From: an uncultured Clostridia bacterium
GTDB lineage: Bacteria; Bacillota; Clostridia; Oscillospirales; Oscillospiraceae
Assembly: GCA_938049025.1 (NCBI GenBank)
Contig: CALIDF010000064.1
Location: forward strand, 8,677-72,676
Reading direction: 5' to 3'
DNA: 64,000 nucleotides
The position numbers and the translations under genes were made by a program. Shown in pieces: positions 36,099 to 46,452 of this stretch (its first letter is position 1; each line of letters begins with the position of its first letter). A model generated the notes under the pieces. That model did not search any database. It was given only the letters and a program-made list of their open reading frames with translations, and had not been told where the DNA came from.

Positions 36099-37484
36099 TC
36101 AGAAAATACTTTTCCGTTTTTTGATCTGCCAAAGCTCCCAGACGCCCAGCGCCCCGCCCAGACCCCAGCGCAGAAGCCAGGGGGCGGAAACCAGCGTCAG
36201 CACCGCCGTAACGGCGAACCCCAGTGCGTGCAGTCCCCAGAAGGACACCGGGAAGGGGTAGTCCCCTTTCCCCAGCACGAAGCGGGTATAAACAAAGTGG
36301 AACAGGAACTGGAAGCCGTGGGAAATCACCGTTGCCACAGCCGCACCCGTGATATTCAGGCGCCGGATGAGTACATAGTTCAGCCCGATGTTCAGGACGC
36401 AGGACAGGACGGTGGCGATGGCGACCATTTTGGTTTTCTTATGGAAGTACTCAAAATTCACCGGATAAGTGCACAGGAAATTCAGGTAGAATCCAATGGA
36501 AAACAGAGTGATCAGGGGCAGTCCGTCCCAGTAATCCTGCCGGGCAAAAGCACGGAAAACCTCCGGGGTCAGGAGCACAAAGCCCATGGCAAGGACGGTG
36601 AACAGTTCCAGAAAATGTCCGGCCTGTATCCGCACCCGCTCCGGATTCTTCTGCTTCATGTCCTCGAAGAAGAAGGGCGTCCAGCTGTTATTCAGCGCCG
36701 TGAAAATGCTGAACAGCACCGCGCCAAAGTTATAGGCAAAGCCGTAAATGCCCGCCGGGCTGTTGCCCAGCATTTTATTCACCATCACGAGGTCGCTGTG
36801 CCCCAGAAGCAGGTCGGACAGGCTGTAGAACACTACGGGAATTGCCAGTCCCAGACAGAAGTGCCAGTACTCCCGGTTGTAGAACACCCGTCCCGTCCGA
36901 AGCACATAGACGCACACGACAACGCCCAGCGTGCCATAGGTCACGGACAGTCCCAGAATTCTGCCTACATACCGCAGCTCCTCCGGCATCAGCAGAATGA
37001 AGCCCACGGAAAGGGCCAGATTGACCAGCACCACACCCAGCGACAGCAGAAGATTTCTGCCCGCCTTGAATTCGTAAGTAAATTTATTGTTCAGAAAAGT
37101 GACGCAGAAGGAGCCAAAGGCGTGCCACAGCATGAGCACCACAAGGTACCCCTGCATTTCCAACGCCGAGGACACGGGGCCGAGGAACAGCAGCACCAGT
37201 GCCGAGCAGCCAAGGAAGGACAGCAGGGACAGGGTCATCACCGAGGACTGATAGCCGTTCTGCCGCTCCGGAGGGTACTCCACCCGGGCATTGACCAGTG
37301 TGCCGCTGGTTTGCAGCGGGGCGGTGACGGACACAACTCCCATCCATACATTATAGGTAGACAACACACCGTAGCCGTTGGTTCCCAGAAGCCGGGAAAA
37401 CACAAAGGAGGTCACAAGAGACAGGCTCCTGAGCAGCAGGGTGCTGAGCATATTCAGGAAAGCAATTCGGTTCTGTTTTTTCAT
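36099..37484 (-). CDS. wzx: Polysaccharide flippase (Wzx/MOP family)
   Basis: About 12-14 hydrophobic helices; SRLLGTNGYG, DLVMVNKMLG..AGIY, GAAVAT. Confidence 0.8.
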   Translation of the reverse strand: MKKQNRIAFLNMLSTLLLRSLSLVTSFVFSRLLGTNGYGVLSTYNVWMGVVSVTAPLQTSGTLVNARVEYPPERQNGYQSSVMTLSLLSFLGCSALVLLFLGPVSSALEMQGYLVVLMLWHAFGSFCVTFLNNKFTYEFKAGRNLLLSLGVVLVNLALSVGFILLMPEELRYVGRILGLSVTYGTLGVVVCVYVLRTGRVFYNREYWHFCLGLAIPVVFYSLSDLLLGHSDLVMVNKMLGNSPAGIYGFAYNFGAVLFSIFTALNNSWTPFFFEDMKQKNPERVRIQAGHFLELFTVLAMGFVLLTPEVFRAFARQDYWDGLPLITLFSIGFYLNFLCTYPVNFEYFHKKTKMVAIATVLSCVLNIGLNYVLIRRLNITGAAVATVISHGFQFLFHFVYTRFVLGKGDYPFPVSFWGLHALGFAVTAVLTLVSAPWLLRWGLGGALGVWELWQIKKRKSIF

Positions 37485-37504
37485 AATTCCCCTGATTGTT
37501 TGCC

Positions 37505-38497
37505 TCAGGTCCGCTTCCGGCACAGTCTCCACAGTCTGCGCATGGGGGTATAGAGGTTCGTCACATGGAGCAGCGCATCCAGCTTCTGCCTTCCGCTTTC
37601 ATATGGACAGCGCAGAAGGAAAGGCAGCAGCTCCCGGAGTTTCCGGCGGGAGTCCCGCTCCCGGTCCGCATAACGCTTCCGGTCGTCCTTCGACGCCATA
37701 TCCAGAATCTTCAGATTGTACGCCTGAGACTGGGCGTACAGGTAGCGGGCTTCCGGTACCAGTTCCGGATAGTCGGTCCGACAGGTTTGCAGAATTTCTT
37801 CCGCATTTTCGGAGTAGTGAAAGGACCGGTCGGAAATGGCCGAGTAGGTAATGCTCCCCTGCCGGTGCAGATAGTGGTAAACCCGTTCCGGGCAGAGGGC
37901 GGCTTTCCCCGCCAACATGGCAATGCGGTAGGTAACGGGCAGATCTTCATTCACCCGCCCCACCGGGTAGCGGATCTCCGCAAACAGTTCCCGTGCGTAC
38001 AGCTTGTCCCAGGCGGCAGAATCCACATGGTTCCATGTGAAGATCCTTTTGGCAAGCTCCACCCCGGAAATCACTTCCTCCCGCTCCGGACACAGTCCCG
38101 GCGTGCGCTCCCAACCGGGGAAGCTCACATCGTACCGGCCGGCGCAGACCAGCTTCACCTGATTCCGTCGGGCACAGGCAAGGAGGGTCTCATAGCAGTT
38201 CGGGGCGATGGTATCATCGCTGTCCACAAAGCCCAGCCACGTCCCACGGGCGGCTTCGATCCCCGCGTTCCGGGCACTGCTGAGGCCTCCGTTTTTCTTA
38301 TGGATCACGCGAATCCGGGAATCCTTCCCGGCGTATTCCTCACAGATCTCCCCGCAGCGATCGGGAGAACCGTCATCCACCAGAATCAGTTCAAAGTCCC
38401 GGAAGGTCTGCCCAAGGATCGAGTCCAGACAGCCGGGCAGAAACGCTTCCACTTTATAAACCGGAACGATAATGCTGAGCAGCGGAGAACCTTCCAT
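37505..38497 (-). CDS. Glycosyltransferase family 2
   Basis: SIIVPVYKVE, LVDDGSPD, NGGLSSARN, FVDSDD. Confidence 0.93.
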   Translation of the reverse strand: MEGSPLLSIIVPVYKVEAFLPGCLDSILGQTFRDFELILVDDGSPDRCGEICEEYAGKDSRIRVIHKKNGGLSSARNAGIEAARGTWLGFVDSDDTIAPNCYETLLACARRNQVKLVCAGRYDVSFPGWERTPGLCPEREEVISGVELAKRIFTWNHVDSAAWDKLYARELFAEIRYPVGRVNEDLPVTYRIAMLAGKAALCPERVYHYLHRQGSITYSAISDRSFHYSENAEEILQTCRTDYPELVPEARYLYAQSQAYNLKILDMASKDDRKRYADRERDSRRKLRELLPFLLRCPYESGRQKLDALLHVTNLYTPMRRLWRLCRKRT

Positions 38498-38512
38498 GGT
38501 ACAGCCTTCCTT

Positions 38513-39772
38513 TCAGTCCGCCTGTAAGCGGCGGTAAATTGCCAGCAGGTCGGTAAGATTTTTTTCCGGGTCGTGGGTCACTGCCGCATGGTTATGAGCA
38601 GCCCGTCCCATTGCTTCCGCCTGATCCTCCAGCGCAAAGATACGGCAAATGGCATCCGCCAGTGCGGCAGAATCCGCAGAGGGGACAACCAGTCCCTCCT
38701 GCCCCGATTGCATCAGAGTGCTGACGCCGCCCACGTCCGACGCCACACAGGGGACACCCAGCAGCATGGCCTCCCCCAGAGAATTGGGAGAGTTTTCCGC
38801 CGTGGAAGGCAGAACAAACACATTGGCGTCCAGAAACGCCGCCTTCATTTCCTCCGCCGAACAGCTGCCGAGGAAGGTAATTTTATGCTCCAGTCCGTAC
38901 TGCTCCGCAAGCTTTCTCAGATACCGGTGGTACCAATCCTCCCGAAGGCGCTCCTTTCCGGAAAGGTTCAGGAAGCTTTTTCCGGGAACCGCAATGGTCA
39001 GATCCGGATAGATTTTCGCCGCCTGTGCCGCCGCTTCCAGCAGAAAATGGAAGCCCTTGATGGGGTAGACGCAGCTGGAGGCAAAAATCCGGTGCCGGGT
39101 GCACCCGGCATACCGCCACGCGCCCCCGTAAAAGGGTGCCCGCAGGGTCTCGTTGCAGAAATGGTACTGCCGGTCGGGATTGGCTTTTTCCGTAAGCGCA
39201 TAGTCCCACGGCGTTCTGCCGATTACATGGCGGGCAAGCTTCAGCGCCTCCAGCTCATTTTCACCCCGCAGCGCAAACTTCTTCTGCTGCTGCCGCACGT
39301 TATCCATTCGCAGCACATCACGTAATGTAAATCCATAAACGACATGAGCTGGAAGTCCACTTGTATAGCATAGCACATAGGCACTACATAGTCCCTGTAT
39401 GCTAATCACGGTACGTTCTAAAAAATCACATTCCCTGCATACCCGAACCATCGCCAAGGTATGGGGGTACTCTGTGCCCCAAATATGGATAACATCTGGG
39501 CGAAATTCTTCAAGCTGATTTTTGAACAATGGCTCCAGCTCCGGTGCTTTGCGCCAGTTTTTTTTACAGGGAAACAGGCCAAAGGAAAGATTTTCGTCAA
39601 TTTTTCCCTCTGTAAATCCGTTTCCAAGGCACAGCAGGCGCAGCTTCACTTCCGGATTCTGCCGGAGGCTGTCTACGGCGGCATCCATCCAGTTCCGCGC
39701 GGCCTCCTTCTTGCCGGAAATTGCAGAACGGACAACACCGGGAACCGTGTTAAACAGGAGCAGCAGTTTCAT
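38513..39772 (-). CDS. Glycosyltransferase family 4
   Basis: DVIHIWGTE, KGFHFLL, ENSPNSLGEAM. Confidence 0.88.
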   Translation of the reverse strand: MKLLLLFNTVPGVVRSAISGKKEAARNWMDAAVDSLRQNPEVKLRLLCLGNGFTEGKIDENLSFGLFPCKKNWRKAPELEPLFKNQLEEFRPDVIHIWGTEYPHTLAMVRVCRECDFLERTVISIQGLCSAYVLCYTSGLPAHVVYGFTLRDVLRMDNVRQQQKKFALRGENELEALKLARHVIGRTPWDYALTEKANPDRQYHFCNETLRAPFYGGAWRYAGCTRHRIFASSCVYPIKGFHFLLEAAAQAAKIYPDLTIAVPGKSFLNLSGKERLREDWYHRYLRKLAEQYGLEHKITFLGSCSAEEMKAAFLDANVFVLPSTAENSPNSLGEAMLLGVPCVASDVGGVSTLMQSGQEGLVVPSADSAALADAICRIFALEDQAEAMGRAAHNHAAVTHDPEKNLTDLLAIYRRLQAD

Positions 39773-40367
39773 TTTGGCAGTCCTTTCCCGGCACCGTTCC
39801 GATTTTTCGGGCAGGATTTCCCGCCCAGATTTCACCCGCGGGTACATCCCGGGTCACGACCGAACCGGCCCCGATCACGGCACGGCTTCCAATGGTAACA
39901 CCCTTGAGAATCATGGCCTTCGCGCCCACAAATACATGGTCGCCGATCACAATGGGTTTTGTGACTGCCGCATCCTGTTTTCCGCCCTGCGCACGCTTTT
40001 CCCAGTCCAGTGAGTGGGCATCCGAATCCATCAGCTGCACGCCGCCGCCCAGAAGGACATAATCTCCGATGGTGATTCCATCAGCGCAGAAGATGGCGGT
40101 GCCAGACATGCCCACATGATCACCGATTTTCAGGCACCCGGTGGGAACGGAGAACACCGTTCTCGGATTGCAGCTGACGCCGGGATTTGCGCTTTCTCTG
40201 GAATTGATGGTGACCTGCTTGCCGATGGTGATTCTCCCTCTGCCATAAATGCCCAGCCTGCCATGAATCTTTACGGACGGGTCATACACAACTTTTTTCC
40301 GGCGGAGGGTGAAACGGTTAAAAATTCCGTCCCACCAGTCCAGCATCCGCAGCAGCAGTCTTTTCAT
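39750..40367 (-). CDS. Hexapeptide-repeat (LbH) acyltransferase
   Basis: IGDHVFVG, GVTIGSRAVIGAGSVVT, WAGNPA. Confidence 0.9.
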   Translation of the reverse strand: MKRLLLRMLDWWDGIFNRFTLRRKKVVYDPSVKIHGRLGIYGRGRITIGKQVTINSRESANPGVSCNPRTVFSVPTGCLKIGDHVGMSGTAIFCADGITIGDYVLLGGGVQLMDSDAHSLDWEKRAQGGKQDAAVTKPIVIGDHVFVGAKAMILKGVTIGSRAVIGAGSVVTRDVPAGEIWAGNPARKIGTVPGKDCQNETAAPV

Positions 40368-40390
40368 ACGTTCTCACGCCTTCCCGCATT

Positions 40391-41497
40391 TCAATTGGAT
40401 TTTTCCAAGCTTTCAAACAGTTCCATATGGACCTTTGCCATATTTTCGTAGGTATAGGGGCGGATACGGTCAAGAGACGCCTGTCCCATTTGGGACAGAT
40501 CGGCATTCAGCACCGCATTCAGCTTTTCCGCCAGCTTTCCCGGGTCTCCGCAGGGAACGATATAGCCGTTTTCTCCGTTTTTCACCAACTCCAGTGCCGC
40601 TACACAGGCATCGGAGCTGACCACCGGCAGACCTGCCGCCATGGCTTCGTTGATGACCAGCCCCCACACATCCGTCCGGGTGGGCATGGCAAGCACGTCC
40701 GCCGTCCGGTAATACTTTGCAAGCTCCTCCTTTTTCCGGAAGCCCACAAAATGCACCCCGGGCAGATCCTCCGCCTGCTGCTTCAGTTCCTCCGTAGGTT
40801 CTCCGCCTACAAGGTAAATGCCCGTATCTGCGGGAAGCGACTGGGCGGCTCCCAGCAGCACATCCGGACCCTTCAGATAGTCCACCCTGCCCACGGCAAG
40901 CACCATCCGCTTTTCGGGAATCCCAAGTTCCCGGCGAAGGGTCTGCTTTTCCTCCGCCGTGGCAGGTGCCGCGCAGATGTCCCGCTGCCAGAGGGATGTA
41001 AAGGGATAGGTGTAGACCTTGCGCCGATCCGCGCCGTAATAGCACAGATAGTCGGTGGTTGCCTCTCCGGTGCCGAAGTAAGCGGCAGCACCCCGGATCA
41101 GGTGACGCTTGAAGCGAAGAAGGGCGGGACTGTCCTCCCGGATCCTGCCCCCATCCACCTCCATGATATAGGGGCGTTTCCGCGCCCGGAGGTACTCAAT
41201 AGCCAGCATCTGGGTAGGAATGGAGTAGCCGCACAGGAGAATATGGTCGAAGGGCTCCCGCAGAAGATCCAGAACCCCCAGACACAGAGAGCGCCCCTTT
41301 ACCACCATGACCCGTTTCCCCAGCTGGACACTGCGGAAGCGCCCCTCAGGCTGGACAAACCACGCCTGATCCCGATGCTTCTGCACCTCCACCCGTTCCG
41401 AGTAAGCCACGGTCACATCGCAGTACCGGGACAGTTCATCCAGAAACTCCACCCGGTAGGGGGAAGCGTAGCTGGTGATAAACAGTACCTTCTTCAT
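40391..41497 (-). CDS. Glycosyltransferase family 4
   Basis: SPYR, KGPDVL, DVWGLVINEAMAAGLPVV. Confidence 0.88.
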   Translation of the reverse strand: MKKVLFITSYASPYRVEFLDELSRYCDVTVAYSERVEVQKHRDQAWFVQPEGRFRSVQLGKRVMVVKGRSLCLGVLDLLREPFDHILLCGYSIPTQMLAIEYLRARKRPYIMEVDGGRIREDSPALLRFKRHLIRGAAAYFGTGEATTDYLCYYGADRRKVYTYPFTSLWQRDICAAPATAEEKQTLRRELGIPEKRMVLAVGRVDYLKGPDVLLGAAQSLPADTGIYLVGGEPTEELKQQAEDLPGVHFVGFRKKEELAKYYRTADVLAMPTRTDVWGLVINEAMAAGLPVVSSDACVAALELVKNGENGYIVPCGDPGKLAEKLNAVLNADLSQMGQASLDRIRPYTYENMAKVHMELFESLEKSN

Positions 41498-41522
41498 GGG
41501 TTTCTCTCCGTTTCTTTCCCCG

Positions 41523-42527
41523 TCACGGCTTTTCGAAAGAGCTGGGGCGGGACAGATGTACCTCAAACGCTTTTTTGATCGCCGCCTTATGGGCTTCGAT
41601 ATTTTCCGTTTCCTCGGTGTCATTGATGCAGACAACGCCGTAGCGCTCCTGCTCGATGCCCCGCAGAAGCTCCGCATTGACCTCCGATTTCAGGTGAAAC
41701 ACGCCACCGAACCGGGTGCTTCTGGGGACAAAATTGCCCGTGACCAGCTGCCAGTATTTTGGCAGCCACTGGTTGACATTGTTCTTCGTCCGGTACTTGT
41801 CCATACACGTCTTATCCAGCACATCCCCCTCCTTCTGCCAGATGAGTTCATAGGTGGATTTCAGGAAGCTGGTGGCAATATGATCCGCGTACAGTCCCGG
41901 GAACCAGGGCCACTGCCGCAGCACAACCGTTCGGTACAGGTTTCGGAACTGATACCCCGGATTCAGGTACTGGGAAAGCTTCAGACGGCGGAAGGTTTCC
42001 GCCGGGGTAAAATACTTGTTGATGATCTCCATATCGTTCCCGATATAGTGCCCTGCCGTATTGGGGGAAAAATAAATTGCGTCCAGGATAAACGCATCCC
42101 GGGGCTTCCCGTCCCGGAAGAAGTCCTCCGGCTGGACGGGCCTGCCCAGAAACATATCGTCATTGAAGTAAACGAACTGTTCCGACAGCCCGGGAATCCG
42201 GTGGAAGTTCATTTCGATGGTATTGGCATTAAAGGTGGGCAGATACTTTTCCGGGATATAGTCCCGGTGATTGACGATCACCAGCTTTTCATTGTCCGTA
42301 TTCAACCAGGCAGGCAGGTGTCCCCAGGTCACAAAGTAAATTTTATGAACCCACGGTGCGTAGGTTTCCACTCCCCGGAACCAGTACCGCAGCAGGTCCC
42401 AGTCCCGGAACCGGGCATCGTTCGTGCCGTTGCTGCTGGCGGCTCTGGGGTCAAACCGTGCCCGCTCCCGCTGCCAGGCAGGGTCGCTTCCATCCACCCA
42501 GGGAATAACAAAATCGATCTGCTCCAT
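41523..42527 (-). CDS. Stealth family (CpsY-like) sugar-phosphotransferase
   Basis: IDFVIPWVDGSD (CR1), LPTFN..IE, YFNDDMF (CR2), CIND (CR4). Confidence 0.9.
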   Translation of the reverse strand: MEQIDFVIPWVDGSDPAWQRERARFDPRAASSNGTNDARFRDWDLLRYWFRGVETYAPWVHKIYFVTWGHLPAWLNTDNEKLVIVNHRDYIPEKYLPTFNANTIEMNFHRIPGLSEQFVYFNDDMFLGRPVQPEDFFRDGKPRDAFILDAIYFSPNTAGHYIGNDMEIINKYFTPAETFRRLKLSQYLNPGYQFRNLYRTVVLRQWPWFPGLYADHIATSFLKSTYELIWQKEGDVLDKTCMDKYRTKNNVNQWLPKYWQLVTGNFVPRSTRFGGVFHLKSEVNAELLRGIEQERYGVVCINDTEETENIEAHKAAIKKAFEVHLSRPSSFEKP

Positions 42528-42548
42528 CGTGTTTCTCCTTTCCGTTGC

Positions 42549-43796
42549 TCAGGCTGCCGCTTCCCGCTTTCCCAGAAGGGGGAGGTACCTCTGGCAAACC
42601 GCCATCAGGGGGAACAGCCAGAAGTAGGGGTTCGTAATGAGATTTTCCGTATTGAAGGACATGAAGAGAATGACCGTCAGGCAGATGCTCGTCCACACCT
42701 TTCCGCCCCTGCGCCACGCAAGCAGCACCCAGGAAGCGGCATGGAGCACCCCGCCCAAAATGCCGAAGAGAGCAAACATCAGGGTGGAAGAGCTGGTGTT
42801 GTTGGCAATGGCATACAGCGTGTCCCGCAGAATGCCGCCAAACAGCGGTGCGTGGAGGAAGGTTCCGGTATTTACCGCAATGGAACCCACCCGGTCGGTC
42901 ATGGAGTCATGCTTTGTTGTGAATTTGCTGACGGCATCCAGAAATCCATAGTAGAGCGTTCCCTTCCGGAGGAACATGTAAGCTGCCAGTCCGGCCCCCA
43001 GAAGGACCACCACACCCGCCGCAATTATCCCGGACTTCTGCCGATACCAGCCCTTGTCAAAGAACAGGACCAGTGCGAACAGCAGCATTTCGATCAATCC
43101 GCCAGTGGCGAAGGTTGTGACCATCGTCAGCGCAAGAATTCCGGTCACAAGCCACGTTTTCTTCCCGCTGTCCCAGTTGGCTTCATAATGGTTCAGGAAC
43201 AGTCCCAGAATCAGAAAATACTGGTACACCCCCGGCTCCCGGAAAACGCCGAAATTCCGGAAAGAAATAGCGGTAACGGAAGCGAAGGACAGCCCAAAGC
43301 AATAAAAATCCTGAGAAATATTGTTGTAAACAACGGGTGCGGGCAGTACCCCGCGGGCCGCAAGGGGAGAAAGCACATAGGTGCCAAGGACCGACAGGAC
43401 CCCCAATACACACAGAATGTTCAGATACATTCTGGCGGCATCCTGAAGCGTCAGGAACAGGGAAACGAAGATACCAAACAGCACCGCAAGGTATACGGTC
43501 CCATACATGAGCTGCCAGTCCCGCTTTACCGCCATGGGCAGGAGCAGGACCGCCCCGCAGGCCAGCGCAAAGTACACCCTCCGGTCAGTCAGCAGCGCTT
43601 TCCAGTCCCGCCGGCGGACGAGCAGAAACAGGAGCCCTGCCAGAACCATACAGCCCGCCATCAGGAACTGGGTCCGGTTAAAGCCGAAAACCGTACTGGA
43701 ATACAGCGTGTCCCGGTTCAGCAGCAGAATCGCCGTCAGGAACAGGTAAATGCCCGCCCGCGCCCAAAGGCGGTTGGGAAAGGAATATTGCTTCAT
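42549..43796 (-). CDS. Probable polysaccharide polymerase (Wzy-like)
   Basis: Polytopic membrane protein inside the cluster; RNFGVFREPG motif. Confidence 0.65.
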   Translation of the reverse strand: MKQYSFPNRLWARAGIYLFLTAILLLNRDTLYSSTVFGFNRTQFLMAGCMVLAGLLFLLVRRRDWKALLTDRRVYFALACGAVLLLPMAVKRDWQLMYGTVYLAVLFGIFVSLFLTLQDAARMYLNILCVLGVLSVLGTYVLSPLAARGVLPAPVVYNNISQDFYCFGLSFASVTAISFRNFGVFREPGVYQYFLILGLFLNHYEANWDSGKKTWLVTGILALTMVTTFATGGLIEMLLFALVLFFDKGWYRQKSGIIAAGVVVLLGAGLAAYMFLRKGTLYYGFLDAVSKFTTKHDSMTDRVGSIAVNTGTFLHAPLFGGILRDTLYAIANNTSSSTLMFALFGILGGVLHAASWVLLAWRRGGKVWTSICLTVILFMSFNTENLITNPYFWLFPLMAVCQRYLPLLGKREAAA

Positions 43797-44902
43797 TTCG
43801 CATTCTCTCCAATCACAGTCAGAATGGCACGGTACAGATTTTCCGTCCCCCGCTCCACGGCAATTCCGTCAAACTGCCGGGCGGCTTCCTCACAGGCAGT
43901 ACCCTTATAAACGATGGCAGGGGTTCCGCAGCAAGCTGCCTCCAGAGACGTAATGCCGAAGGTTTCCTCCACACTGGGATTCACGAATACATCCGCCGCG
44001 GTATACGCCTCCGCCAGCTCCCGGGCACTGTGGGTCCTGGGAAGTCCCAGAATTTCCCCGGGTAGACTTTTGATCTGTTTGGGGGAAAGCCCGATAAGCA
44101 CGATCCGGAAGCGGCTGTCCAGCATCCGGGACAGAGCTACAAAGTCCGAAAGTCCTTTCCGCGCGTCCCACACATTGGCAACACCCAGCACGATTTTTCT
44201 GTCCGTAAGTCCGTACCGTTCCCGGAAATCTCCCGGGGTGGGCCTGAACACCTCCCGGTTCACCCGGTTTGGCACGACCTCCACCGGGTATTCCTTCAGG
44301 AAACTCCCGGCAACCCGATCCGCAAGCCATTGGGAAGGAACCGTCAGGGACAGGTTGGGAATCCCCGTAAAGAGCCGTTTCTTTTCCCGGTAGTTTCTCC
44401 GGCTGTTATCCAACAGGAGACTGGCAGGATACTTTTTCTTCTCCGGGCAATCGTGACAGCCGGTTTTCCAGCGGTCACAGCCGCAATAGTCAAAGTAGGC
44501 GCAGTGCCCCGTAAAGGCCCAGCAGTCATGGAGCATCCAGTGGATCTCTTTTCCGCAGGTATGGAGGTAATCAAACAGGAGTCCGATGTGAACGTAATAG
44601 CCGTGAACATTATGCAGCCAGATCACATCCGGATCATATTCCCGAACCCGTTTCAGAAAACGACGGGTAGCCGCCCGGGAACCGAAGCCCGCATCGTCCA
44701 GCAGCCGCGCCTGAAGCGCATGGAGGCAGACCCCTGCCTTGGAGCCGATCCGGTATGTGGGAACATCCGGGCAGCCGTTGTGGAACCGCCCGTAGGCAAG
44801 CAGGCACTGGTGTCCCTGTGCCATCAGGGTGCGGCACTGCTCGGCAGCGATCCGCCCAGTGCTTCCGGTTCCCGCCACCTCGCTGATAAACAGATATTTC
44901 AT
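43793..44902 (-). CDS. Glycosyltransferase family 4 (WcaC-like)
   Basis: GSTGRIA, LHNVHGYY, LHDCWAFTGHC, EETFGITSLEA. Confidence 0.88.
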   Translation of the reverse strand: MKYLFISEVAGTGSTGRIAAEQCRTLMAQGHQCLLAYGRFHNGCPDVPTYRIGSKAGVCLHALQARLLDDAGFGSRAATRRFLKRVREYDPDVIWLHNVHGYYVHIGLLFDYLHTCGKEIHWMLHDCWAFTGHCAYFDYCGCDRWKTGCHDCPEKKKYPASLLLDNSRRNYREKKRLFTGIPNLSLTVPSQWLADRVAGSFLKEYPVEVVPNRVNREVFRPTPGDFRERYGLTDRKIVLGVANVWDARKGLSDFVALSRMLDSRFRIVLIGLSPKQIKSLPGEILGLPRTHSARELAEAYTAADVFVNPSVEETFGITSLEAACCGTPAIVYKGTACEEAARQFDGIAVERGTENLYRAILTVIGENAK

Positions 44903-44927
44903 TGGCTCCTCCCGGGGTGTCCCCTGC

Positions 44928-45728
44928 TCATTTCTTTTTCAGCCCATAGAGTCTTCTGGTCAACCCATAGTAAAACCGTCCCAGCTTGGGGTTATGGGCA
45001 ATGGCACGGCGGAGTTTCGGGAACGTCAGCGCCATCCGCAGTTTGTAGCGAAGCTGTTCCTCTTTGGAAAAATAGGTATCCAGCATCCGGCGCTTATCGG
45101 CAGCATTCCTTGCCGCATGCTCCGGTCTTGTGGACTCTCCCCCGCCCTCATAGTCCGCAAGCACTGCGTCCACGTAGACAGGCCGCACCTTTTTTTCGCA
45201 CACAAGGTACAGGAAAAGCTCCCGATCCCCCAGAATCCGATAGCTCAGGTCGTAGCCCCGGGCTTTCAGAAGGGCGGCCGAAAACACCATTGCCTGATGG
45301 CAGATCATGGTGCGGTAGCAGGTCATCCGGGTGATTTCCCGGGGATAGTCCGTAATATGGTGCTCCCGCCGGTTGTAAATTCTGCCGTAGTACAGCACGC
45401 CGGGGGTTTTGTCTATGGCGTCGGAAACTGCCTGCAAGGCGTTCCCGTCATAAAACCAGTCGCCGCAGTTCATGAAGATGAGATAATCTCCCCGGGCTTC
45501 CCCGATGGCCACATTCATGGCATCGTAAATTCCCTGATCCTTTCCCCGAAGCAGGCGGATTCGGGAATCCTCCGGAAGCCGCTCCACAGACCCGTCCGTG
45601 GACAGTCCATCCTTTACAAGAATTTCGAAATCCGTACAGGTCTGGGCAAGGGTTCTGTTCACCGTTTCCAACAGTGCCTGCCCCGGGTTATAGCATACGG
45701 TAATGACGCTGAATCTGGGGTTCCCCAT
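44928..45728 (-). CDS. Glycosyltransferase family 2 (WcaE-like)
   Basis: SVITVCYN, DGLSTDG, DQGIYDAMN, FMNCGD, ICHQ. Confidence 0.9.
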   Translation of the reverse strand: MGNPRFSVITVCYNPGQALLETVNRTLAQTCTDFEILVKDGLSTDGSVERLPEDSRIRLLRGKDQGIYDAMNVAIGEARGDYLIFMNCGDWFYDGNALQAVSDAIDKTPGVLYYGRIYNRREHHITDYPREITRMTCYRTMICHQAMVFSAALLKARGYDLSYRILGDRELFLYLVCEKKVRPVYVDAVLADYEGGGESTRPEHAARNAADKRRMLDTYFSKEEQLRYKLRMALTFPKLRRAIAHNPKLGRFYYGLTRRLYGLKKK

Positions 45729-45741
45729 TCCCTTCTCCCCC

Positions 45742-46434
45742 CTATGTGATTTCCGGTTCCATGGGCAGGCGGCGCACATTCCAGCTGATACCGTTCCTTA
45801 CGGCCTTAGCCGGAGAGCCTGCCAGCACGCAGCCGGGGGCGCTGTGATCCCCGGTCACCACGGCACAGGCACCAACCACGCAGTCCTGCCCGATCTTTGT
45901 GCCCTTGAGGACGGCAGCTCTTCTGCCGATCCACACATGATCCGCCACCTGAATGTCCCGGGAACGGTTGATCCGCTTTCCGGACGCATCCAGCAGGGAG
46001 TGAGAGTCCCCTGTACGGAAGAAAATTTCACCGGAAAACAGGCAGTCCTTTCCAATTTGAATAGTAGTACCCTCGATTGCCGCCAGCTCTGCGGCTCCAA
46101 GCAGCCGGGAGCCCTCTCCGACGGTGATCCGGTTTCCGCTGTCCTCCAGACAGAACACGGTTTTCACCAGCGTGCACCAGGCCCCCACCTGAACCACATT
46201 ATCGTTTCCGCTGATATAAATTTCCACATCCGTCAGCCGGGAAAAATCGCCGATCAGCACCTGATTGTTGTTCCCGCTGATATGAATTTTCACATGCCGC
46301 AGCAGCGCCGCGGGGGCAATCACCCGGTTCTGCCTGCCGTGGGAACGCACCGCCAGACGGGACGGAAGATTGTGAAGCCCGCACAGAACGCTGACGGCGC
46401 CGCGGTATTTCTGAACCAGAGTTTTTTTATCCAT
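45742..46434 (-). CDS. Hexapeptide-repeat acyltransferase
   Basis: IGKDCLFS, RTGDSH, DHVWIG, LAGSPAK. Confidence 0.85.
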   Translation of the reverse strand: MDKKTLVQKYRGAVSVLCGLHNLPSRLAVRSHGRQNRVIAPAALLRHVKIHISGNNNQVLIGDFSRLTDVEIYISGNDNVVQVGAWCTLVKTVFCLEDSGNRITVGEGSRLLGAAELAAIEGTTIQIGKDCLFSGEIFFRTGDSHSLLDASGKRINRSRDIQVADHVWIGRRAAVLKGTKIGQDCVVGACAVVTGDHSAPGCVLAGSPAKAVRNGISWNVRRLPMEPEIT

Positions 46435-46452
46435 ACTTCTGTCCTCCCGCCG

